The notes below the pieces were generated by a model. That model searched no databases. It saw nothing but the letters and a program-made list of their open reading frames with translations, and had not been told where the DNA came from. Source: a virus. From it: DNA of 64,000 nt. The stretch covers positions 134,313 to 198,312 of IMG/VR virus record IMGVR_UViG_3300032298_001038; one strand, given 5' to 3'. Position 1 is the first letter of the stretch. Each line of letters begins with the position of its first letter. Below, piece after piece: positions 56,836-64,000 of this stretch. Made by a program: the position numbers and the translations under genes.

Positions 56836-57297
56836 TCAGGTGTATTCAAGATCGACGAACATGAATCCCATGGATTCCGTTACGACGATGTCTTGAGCCG
56901 TGACCGACGCGCCCAGCGAGTTCAACGTCGCCGAGAGCATCTTGTAATTCATCGTACCCTTCGTGCCGCCGCAAGACGACGCGCCAACTTCCATGTTGAT
57001 GTGGTTGTCGGGCGCTTTGCAGATATCGCCGAACTGAGCAATCATCGCCTTGAAGGTCGCCGAACCGCCGACGATGCGGCTGAACTGCGCGGTACCACGG
57101 CGGCGGTCGCCGACGTAGTAAACCTTCGAAGAGCCAATCTCATAAATCATGTTGACAGTGCGCTCGCAGGTAAGTTGCGCCTGCTGGACGAGCGCGCCGT
57201 CGGCACCGCCAGCGGCACCCGGGAACGTGAGTTTGACGTCCTCAGCCCGGATGACGCCGTTGAGCGCCTGTGTTGTACCCTGATAGACCGATGGCAT
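56836..57297 (-). CDS. Tail tube protein
   Basis: 153 aa directly after the sheath; AAAGGAG Shine-Dalgarno; NMIYEIGSSKVYYVG.R..GT.QFSRIVG. Confidence 0.8.
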   Translation of the reverse strand: MPSVYQGTTQALNGVIRAEDVKLTFPGAAGGADGALVQQAQLTCERTVNMIYEIGSSKVYYVGDRRRGTAQFSRIVGGSATFKAMIAQFGDICKAPDNHINMEVGASSCGGTKGTMNYKMLSATLNSLGASVTAQDIVVTESMGFMFVDLEYT

Positions 57298-57330
57298 AGT
57301 TGTTTAACTCCTTTGGACTTTAATTTTTTG

Positions 57331-60300
57331 TCAGACAACCAAGTGCAGTTCAATGTTGTTGAGCGGCGCCGGAACGACGAGGTCCAGCACAATCTCAATC
57401 CGGTCCTTCAGCAACGGATGGACTTGCAGTTTCCGGATTTCGCCGGAGATCAACTGCGAGCCGAGTTCTTCCGTGTTGCCATTGTTGGACAGGAAGTTGA
57501 TGATCGTCTCAACCTCGAACTTCAGACGACGCAACATGCCGGGCTGCACGTTGGTGCGGCCGATGAACGGACGCAGCCGACGCAAGAACAGGTACGACAT
57601 CGAGTCCACATTCCGGCGGATCATCTCTTCCCGACGATTCAGGTCGAGATTGTCCGTCGTCAGAGCGTGCCGTGTGTGCGGGGTGCCGTCGCGGTCTTCC
57701 GTGACGATCCACACGCCGGCTTCCGCCATGCGGTTCAGTTGCGTTTCGTTGAAATACTTGTAGGACCGCGTGAAGTCGTCGAAACCGGCGACCTCAACGT
57801 TTGTCAGCGGCTGGTGGGGCACCACGCCGGAGACGAGACCAGCAAGCGCAGCAGCGAGGTAGTAGCCGGGCTGGGTCGTGCCAGCCTCGCCTACCTGATC
57901 GGGCCACACGGCGCACACGCGACGGTTCGACAGCGAACCGGCTTGCTGCGCAATGTCTTCCGCGATCTCGTTGCGGTTCCGGTTGTGCCAGATTTCAACG
58001 CGCTGAGCCTGCGTGACGGGCGCGTCAGCGCCGGTGTACAACCGCAGCGAGTTTTCCGACAGAACCTGATCAACAACGTACTCTTCGTACTGCTCTTCGC
58101 CGTACTGGTCGACAGAGAAGTTGTAACGGACGATGTCGCCGGGCTGGACTTGGTTGGTAATGAAGTAGCCCTTGGTATCGTTCGTGCCCGGCGGGACTTG
58201 CAGCAGCGTGTACTGCGAGCCTGTCGCGTTCGGGTCGTCCGCCAGCGTGGCAAGTACTTCTTCCATCTCGTTGTCCAGCACGCCGCCGATCAGCGCGCCG
58301 TTGCCAACCAGAAGTTGCTTCGGTTGCGCTTTGAGCGCGAAGAAGCCGGCCTTCCAGTTGTTGGCAATCTCGTTCGACTCGCCGCCGATGTGGGCAGCCC
58401 AGAGGTTCTGGACCATGCGGTCGAAGGTCATCGGGACGAGGTTATACATGTCGTCGCGACCCTTGATCCGCTCAAGAACCTGCACCCAACTGTCGAGGTC
58501 GGGGCCAGTGATCTTGCCGGTCTCGTCGAACTCTTCCGGATGCGCCACCGCGGTGTACTTCACAACCGTGCCGTTGCTATTGGAGAGCGCCTTGTAAACG
58601 CCCCACTTCAGCGGGTTGTCAGGGTGGAGTTGGCCAGCAAGATCGTCGAGGTCGGCCACGTCGCTGATCGAGTTAACCTCGTCAGCCAGTTCGGCCAGCC
58701 ACTCGCGATATTCGGCGTACACGCGACCCTTCTCAACCGGCAGCGGCTGCTCAACACCGGTGGCTGTCCACTCGGGGTGATAAGCCGTGATACCTTCTTG
58801 AATGCAAATCTGGGTGTCTTCGAACCAGAAGTTCGTAAGGCCAGCGGTTTCCGGACGGACGCGCGAAATCTGGATGTCGTCACGGATGAACAACTTCAGA
58901 TCAAGCGGCACGTTGCGCTCGGTGTTGGCTTCGTCGTCGCGCACGAAGTAGATCGGCGAATCGCCGACAACAACCGTGCCCGAGTTCGTCACTACCCAGC
59001 CAGAGCCGCCGTACGTGGTACCGCCAACGACCGGCACGTAAACATTCTTTACGATTTCCGACGTTTGGTTGAAGTCCGCAGAACGAACCCACGAGGGTGT
59101 TTCGCCGTCAGCCACAACGTACACGCCGTTTTCGGTCGGGTCCGTCTGGCCCACAACAAGCACGCGGTCGCCGTCTTCGAGAACTACGTCGTCGATCGTC
59201 TGCGCGCCGGAGAGAACAACGTTCTCGTCAGCCACAGCCGCAACCGACGTTTTAACAGTCGAAGCACGGACGTACGTGTCGCGCATCTCGCTCGGGAGGT
59301 CATCGCGGAGGATGAGTTTCCGCACCGGACCAGCCTTGCTCGACACGACGGCCACGTAGAACTTGTCGCCCTTGCGCAGGCCGACGTTCAGGTAAGCCTG
59401 AGCCGAAGCGCCTGTGCCGCCGCCACTTGTAAACGTTACCGACGGCGGATTGTAATAGCCGCTACCGGGGTTGGTGATGGTGATACCGTTAACAACGCCA
59501 CCTCCGCTGATCGTGCACGTGGCTGTGGCCTGCGTGCCGGTCGGATCGTCGGGAGCGCTGAGCGTCACGGTCGGGGCTACGCTATAGGTGCTGCCGCCGG
59601 TTTGCAGTTCGATCGACTTCACCGGACCAGAGACCTGAAGAACAATCTTCACGCCATTGGTGCCGATGCCGATCTCGCCGCCGTTCTCAACAACCTCGGT
59701 CGGGCCAGAGGCGTCGAGACCCTTGACGGTGCGCGCCGTTACTTCGGGGAATCCAAGCGTATCGGCCGCCACGGCGTCGAACTCGCCGCCCTTGGTGACT
59801 TCAACGATGTAAACGTCGTTCTTCGCGCCGTTGTACGCGCCGGCAATGTCGCCGTCGGCTTGCACGGTGTAAACGCCGTCCGCGGCCGAATCAGCGTCGG
59901 CAGCGTAGAATTCCTGAGCAACAGCCACGACCCACTTCTGGCCAACGACAAAAGTATCATAAGCCACGTCGTTCGAAGCCGCGGCGGCAATGCACGCCTC
60001 GGTGTCGAGCACGTTGAACTTGACCTTCAGGCCGCGTGTACCGATCTCGGTCCACTCGTCCATGTCGTTCGGCACAACTTCTTCTTGATCGTCACGGCCG
60101 CTGGCGCTGCGCACGCGCAGGCGGGCGGCGTTGCAACCCGAAATGGTGCTCTTGATGACCTGAATCGTGTACTCTTCTTCGACGTCGCCGGACGCGAGGC
60201 CGTTATACAACGAGCCGTCGAGTTCAACGAGTTTGACGCAGTTTTCCTTACCCGCGACTTGCAGGTAGTTGTTGTCAGCGTCGGGTTGACCGTCGTCCTC

Positions 60301-60897
60301 GACACCCGGGTTGGGGATACCGCAATAAGCAGCCGTTGTGGGCTGGTTGTCCTCATCGACCTGCGCCGGCTTGATGAGCGAGTCAACAAGGTCGCTGGCG
60401 AAACCGACAACTTCAGTCCACAGTTCAACTTCCGTGCACTCGCCTTCTTGATCGACAACCGTGCGGAGGTAGGCCACGTCGCCGGCCTTCACGTCGCGAT
60501 CATAGAAGTCGCTGCTGCGGGGGTAAGCCGAAGTGTTGGACTTGAAAGAGAGGTCGTCAGACTGAATCCAGTTGAACTTACCAGTCACGTGAGTGATGGT
60601 TGTATAAGTGCTCTGAAGGTTGTGCTCGAAATACTTGAGCAGCGCCTTGTCCATGTAAACCTTGGCGTAGGGCAGGTCAACAATCGAACCGGGCCGACGT
60701 TGCGGCCAACCGTAGCACACGTCATTAAGACGGTCGTACTCGCCAAGAAGAATCGTCTTCTTCTCGTCGAGATCACTGTAACGGTGAAGAATGGCGTGCG
60801 GGCCAGCGATGTGGGCGCGCAGCGGTTCCGTGATTTCCGTCGGGACGATCCGGAACTCTTGGAAGACTAATACTTGTGGCTTGATGTAACTCGACAT
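57331..60897 (-). CDS. Contractile tail sheath protein with inserted domains (1188 aa)
   Basis: C-terminal sheath-like GYYLAAALAGL...PHQPLTN, EEMIRRNVDS...FIGRTN...PAPLNNIELHLVV; CGGAGG Shine-Dalgarno; followed by the tube gene. Confidence 0.85.
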   Translation of the reverse strand: MSSYIKPQVLVFQEFRIVPTEITEPLRAHIAGPHAILHRYSDLDEKKTILLGEYDRLNDVCYGWPQRRPGSIVDLPYAKVYMDKALLKYFEHNLQSTYTTITHVTGKFNWIQSDDLSFKSNTSAYPRSSDFYDRDVKAGDVAYLRTVVDQEGECTEVELWTEVVGFASDLVDSLIKPAQVDEDNQPTTAAYCGIPNPGVEDDGQPDADNNYLQVAGKENCVKLVELDGSLYNGLASGDVEEEYTIQVIKSTISGCNAARLRVRSASGRDDQEEVVPNDMDEWTEIGTRGLKVKFNVLDTEACIAAAASNDVAYDTFVVGQKWVVAVAQEFYAADADSAADGVYTVQADGDIAGAYNGAKNDVYIVEVTKGGEFDAVAADTLGFPEVTARTVKGLDASGPTEVVENGGEIGIGTNGVKIVLQVSGPVKSIELQTGGSTYSVAPTVTLSAPDDPTGTQATATCTISGGGVVNGITITNPGSGYYNPPSVTFTSGGGTGASAQAYLNVGLRKGDKFYVAVVSSKAGPVRKLILRDDLPSEMRDTYVRASTVKTSVAAVADENVVLSGAQTIDDVVLEDGDRVLVVGQTDPTENGVYVVADGETPSWVRSADFNQTSEIVKNVYVPVVGGTTYGGSGWVVTNSGTVVVGDSPIYFVRDDEANTERNVPLDLKLFIRDDIQISRVRPETAGLTNFWFEDTQICIQEGITAYHPEWTATGVEQPLPVEKGRVYAEYREWLAELADEVNSISDVADLDDLAGQLHPDNPLKWGVYKALSNSNGTVVKYTAVAHPEEFDETGKITGPDLDSWVQVLERIKGRDDMYNLVPMTFDRMVQNLWAAHIGGESNEIANNWKAGFFALKAQPKQLLVGNGALIGGVLDNEMEEVLATLADDPNATGSQYTLLQVPPGTNDTKGYFITNQVQPGDIVRYNFSVDQYGEEQYEEYVVDQVLSENSLRLYTGADAPVTQAQRVEIWHNRNRNEIAEDIAQQAGSLSNRRVCAVWPDQVGEAGTTQPGYYLAAALAGLVSGVVPHQPLTNVEVAGFDDFTRSYKYFNETQLNRMAEAGVWIVTEDRDGTPHTRHALTTDNLDLNRREEMIRRNVDSMSYLFLRRLRPFIGRTNVQPGMLRRLKFEVETIINFLSNNGNTEELGSQLISGEIRKLQVHPLLKDRIEIVLDLVVPAPLNNIELHLVV

Positions 60898-60951
60898 GCG
60901 AAGGCCTCCGTGCCTCAGTTATTTGTATGTGCGGTCAAGTGCTCAGCGAGT

Positions 60952-60979
60952 AGTATACACAACCACTCATGACTGAAAA
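60952..60979 (-). promoter_or_regulatory. Candidate sigma-70-type promoter for the sheath-tube operon
   Basis: Minus strand TTTTCA-16 nt-TATACT in the intergenic gap. Confidence 0.4.
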
Positions 60980-60998
60980 AAACACCTCGCAGTAAATT

Positions 60999-61715
60999 TT
61001 AACCTGACAACAAATCTGATGCCTTGAAGACAATCCGCTTGAGACGCGGGACGTACGGCTGGAGCGACCACGCTTCCTCGGCCATGTACGACACAGTGAT
61101 CGGGACGGCATACCCCTGCATCACCTCTTGAACTTCTCCAACACCGCCGACCTGAGTTGGCATGAACTTAAACAAGTCCATCTGCTCTCTGATCATCGGC
61201 GAGAAAAGTATTAAAAACTTGAACACCTCCGTAGAGAGAAATTCGGCCTCGGCGCCATTTTGGGCAAGACAGAACAGAGTGTGACTGCCTTCCCAAAAGC
61301 CGGTGTAACCTGTCTCTCCAGTATAAAGATTTTCAATCGACCTGTCACCAATAACGCGCGAAATCCACTGCCAGTTGTTCCTTTTAATTAGAACAGCCGG
61401 CCGCTTGTCCGCCATATTGGGCACCCATCTGGTAATACTTTCTATCAAAATGCCGCCGGAGTTCAAACCGTTTTGCGACGGTTGCCATGTTCCAATCTCT
61501 TGGATATGGCGGCGAATCCTTGGCTCTTCTATATTTTCGGGGTCTGAGAAGTGGCCAATCAGTAATTGACGCAAAAACCCAGTCATTACATGGGGGCGCA
61601 TGCCGTAAGAGCAAAGCGCGCTTACCTTTTCGATCTTATTTTCCGGCCCAGTACCGGGCGGGAACTGATCGTCAAACTCGCTGTTGTCTTGCTCAGGATT
61701 CGGGCAGTCCGTCAT
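60999..61715 (-). CDS. Tail terminator / neck protein candidate
   Basis: RPAVLIKRNNW and YAVPITVSY..EEAW patterns; position upstream of the sheath. Confidence 0.55.
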   Translation of the reverse strand: MTDCPNPEQDNSEFDDQFPPGTGPENKIEKVSALCSYGMRPHVMTGFLRQLLIGHFSDPENIEEPRIRRHIQEIGTWQPSQNGLNSGGILIESITRWVPNMADKRPAVLIKRNNWQWISRVIGDRSIENLYTGETGYTGFWEGSHTLFCLAQNGAEAEFLSTEVFKFLILFSPMIREQMDLFKFMPTQVGGVGEVQEVMQGYAVPITVSYMAEEAWSLQPYVPRLKRIVFKASDLLSG

Positions 61716-61875
61716 CTTCGGATTCCTTTTTTGGCCAAAACGCCGTAACTGAGTTCATTTTCTCTTTTTTACTGCCCGGGCTAAAAGGCAATTGAATCTT
61801 GGGCAGCATCTTTAACGGCTTACCGCGCAATTTAATTTTGTCGAGTTCGGGTTTTGGGTCGCTCATATGTCCCAA
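61693..61875 (-). CDS. Small basic hypothetical protein
   Basis: Fills the gap between the two neck genes, overlapping both. Confidence 0.4.
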   Translation of the reverse strand: MGHMSDPKPELDKIKLRGKPLKMLPKIQLPFSPGSKKEKMNSVTAFWPKKESEDDGLPES

Positions 61876-63167
61876 AATCCTTTTTCGTCAGGCGTCGGAG
61901 GTGACGGGCGGCCGGGAATGCGAGTTTTAATCTTGCGCGTCATCGGAAACTGATGCGCTTGCGCCGGCGGTTCTTCTGGCGCTTCTTTAACGCCCATGAC
62001 CGGCGGGTAGGTCATTTGCATCGCGGCTTCTGGCGGTTCAACTTCTAATTCGTATGTGTCAGGGCCGTACTCGCCGGGCTTCTCGTACAAAATAACATAA
62101 TCACCCACGTCGAGTCGCAGCGATTGAAGCCACCGACCGTTTACGCGCGTCTTTGTCTTTCCGACCGCCAGAGTTCGAGCGATCGTTGTGCCGTGCTCGT
62201 CAAACTCGGCTTGTGTAAACACGTAAACGTCTGCGCCTTCTACCGCGCACCCTGCCGCCGTGGTATAAATCAGCGCGTCAGTGCCCGTGTAATCGTGGTC
62301 GACCACAATTTGTCCGCAACCCACGATTGGTAATGTCGGGCCACGGCGAGCCGCAGGCTCTCCGCCGACTTCAAGCGCGTAAACGGCGTGATTGAACGGC
62401 AACAGCCCCATGCGCACTTGATACACCAGCGGCACGCCCCGAAGCGCGGCAGTTACTTGAATTGTATCTACGGTCCAACGCTCATCTGACGAGCCGTTGA
62501 CCCAGATGTCATATTTATTCAGTGCCGGAAAGCCGATGACGCGCGCGTTGACGTACGGGTTCTCGCGCGTAGTTCCCTTTACATTACTGTCGACCTGCTC
62601 TTGGATTACCTGCGGCGACAAGTCCCAGCATTGCATAGCCACGGGCGGGTGATAACCGGTTTCAAACCCCGTGCCGCTACAAATCGGGCAGTCGGCGTCG
62701 GTGAGTTCTTCTGTTAACTGGTCACGGCAGCGTTTGCACGGCGTACCGTAGCGCAGAGGCTTAATTAAATACCCCGGCACAGCCGCCAACCGATTCCGCA
62801 ACTGTTCTTTGCGGATAATCTCTCGGGCCAGTAACCAATCGCGCTCAGTTAACTCGCCGTAGCAACTGGCGGCCTGCGAAACGTAAGTGCCAGTCGGAGT
62901 GGTCAGGACGACGCGGTAGTGCGACGTTATGTCGTACCCAGTTTCGCGCCACTCCGGGTCGAGCGCAAAATAAGAGTCTACAACTGGCGCGCCGATGTTG
63001 GTCCAGTCGCTGGCATCCCGCAGGCCGGTTCTACCAAACTGGAGTTGGAAGACGTACGGGCCTTCATCTCTAAATAGACGCTCTAACTGCCACCACACGC
63101 GGGAAACGCCGCGAGTCATGTGGTCTACAGATACACGGCGAAATGGGAAAATGCGTGGTTGGCTCAT
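61863..63167 (-). CDS. Head-tail neck protein with zinc finger and C-terminal Ig-like domain
   Basis: PCKRC...CPICSGTGFETGY zinc finger; C-terminal GCAVEGADVYV...TRVNGRW...LDVGDYVILYEKPGEYG beta-sandwich. Confidence 0.6.
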   Translation of the reverse strand: MSQPRIFPFRRVSVDHMTRGVSRVWWQLERLFRDEGPYVFQLQFGRTGLRDASDWTNIGAPVVDSYFALDPEWRETGYDITSHYRVVLTTPTGTYVSQAASCYGELTERDWLLAREIIRKEQLRNRLAAVPGYLIKPLRYGTPCKRCRDQLTEELTDADCPICSGTGFETGYHPPVAMQCWDLSPQVIQEQVDSNVKGTTRENPYVNARVIGFPALNKYDIWVNGSSDERWTVDTIQVTAALRGVPLVYQVRMGLLPFNHAVYALEVGGEPAARRGPTLPIVGCGQIVVDHDYTGTDALIYTTAAGCAVEGADVYVFTQAEFDEHGTTIARTLAVGKTKTRVNGRWLQSLRLDVGDYVILYEKPGEYGPDTYELEVEPPEAAMQMTYPPVMGVKEAPEEPPAQAHQFPMTRKIKTRIPGRPSPPTPDEKGFWDI

Positions 63168-63173
63168 AATTTG

Positions 63174-63179
63174 ATTATA
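63174..63179 (-). promoter_or_regulatory. Perfect -10 element, probable leaderless start of the neck gene
   Basis: TATAAT, 6 nt, then ATG 63167; no Shine-Dalgarno space. Confidence 0.55.
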
Positions 63180-63196
63180 CCCGCGCTTTGATATCT

Positions 63197-64000
63197 AAAA
63201 AAAAGAGGTGCGATGTGCGCCGGGTGGGAGAGGCTAGCCATCTCTCCCACCCGGCGTCCCCTGTTAACAACCTGCTTTCGCAGGCTCGCGATTAACAGGC
63301 TCGTTGTTCGCCGGCCATGACGGCAACGCCTCGGCGCGCTTAACATAGTATGCGCGTCCAAGGGGTACAACGAGAAAACACGCCTGCGGCGACTAGGGCC
63401 TTCAGGCTTGGCGTAAAGCGTCGCGTACGACGCCCGGATTCTACATTAAACGCGCCTGCCTATCCATTTTGCGCGCATAACTACAAATCCGGAGTACTGT
63501 GTATTACGGAGAACACTTACCGGCGTTTCGCTTTCGCGACGTCCCGGCTTTGCGCTCCGATATCCCTGTGGATGCAGCACCAGCCACCCCGAAAAGTACC
63601 GCAACCGACGAGGCTGCGGCTTGTGTCCACGGGCGACTTTTCGATCGCCTGCGCTCGTTAGTTTCCGTCGCTGAATCTATCTTCCCGCCAACGAACCTGA
63701 ATGCGAGAAGATAGATCGGCCCGCGCAAATTACCTTTTTAGTAACTCCGCGGGCTGTATTTACGTAAAGTTCATAAGACACCTCCTTTCGGCGTCGTACG
63801 TTGGGCAGATTACTTCACAGCCAAGCCGAAACCGTGAAGCATGGATTCCGTCGTGGTGCAACCAGACACCATCGACAACTTTTTCATCAACCCGGCAGAC
63901 CAGTCCGGATTGAGGAAAGAACTGGATTCCTCCAGCGCCGCATTACGCCGACCCAACGAGGGCCGGTAATTATGCAGCCAGACGACTCGGAGCACCGTCT
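63197..64000 (-). ncRNA. Large structured non-coding RNA candidate, probably extending beyond the window
   Basis: More than 12 helices, GAAA tetraloops and G-U pairs valid only on the minus strand; ends in a perfect 15 bp hairpin (63218-63256) and a T8 run. Confidence 0.6.

Noticed and set aside
56893-60870. 1325 aa plus-strand ORF
   Set aside because: Antisense shadow of the high-GC3 sheath and tube genes; no recognisable motifs. The same applies to 7046..8149, 9489..10292 and 22160..23011
36616-60897. Bacterial contractile injection system (eCIS/T6SS/tailocin) instead of a phage
   Set aside because: Terminase, neck proteins, tRNAs, a long tape measure and dense small phage-type ORFs, with no host housekeeping genes, point to a phage genome
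63218-63302. Group II intron domains V-VI
   Set aside because: GAGCCTGTT...GAAA...AACAGG is superficially similar, but the 3' strand does not pair with the GAGC triad, the length is wrong, the terminal stem has no bulged A, and no RT ORF or split gene is seen
63905-63935. RNase P RNA signature
   Set aside because: GAGGAATCC / GAGGAAAGAA do not match GAGGAAAGTCC, and no matching 3' P4 strand was found
63810-63995. 61 aa ORF at the window edge
   Set aside because: No recognisable motif, and the region is fully occupied by hairpins; treated as part of the RNA candidate, though the 3' end of a gene entering from outside the window cannot be excluded
1-64000. Alternative genetic code (stop-codon reassignment)
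   Set aside because: Long structural genes are intact under the standard bacterial code, all three stops are used, and no suppressor tRNA is present

Overview
This window is a 64 kb segment of a large contractile-tailed (myovirus-type, probably jumbo) bacteriophage genome, with almost all genes on the minus strand. The left third (1-26 kb) holds small accessory genes: an AAA-ATPase/DUF1257/DUF2997-type module, a dNTP diphosphohydrolase-like gene, a DenV-like glycosylase, CsrA, two tRNAs (Thr-UGU and initiator-like Met-CAU), a plus-strand large terminase and a primase-like gene. The right two thirds (26-63 kb) is a continuous virion morphogenesis region: collagen-like fibres, five paralogous Cys-rich proteins, baseplate, a sigma-70-family factor, tape measure, tail chaperones, spike, tube, an enlarged sheath and neck proteins. 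Several accessory genes resemble Planctomycetota sequences, so a planctomycete host is inferred but not shown. The main unexplained signals are (1) an at least 800 nt, densely base-paired, minus-strand non-coding RNA candidate at the right edge, (2) an array of eight palindromic units at 6266-6532, (3) all three divergent gene pairs having overlapping or abutting start codons, and (4) Cys-rich repeat and paralog families in the tail region. Family names come from recalled motifs, not database searches, and several start codons were re-picked by eye.
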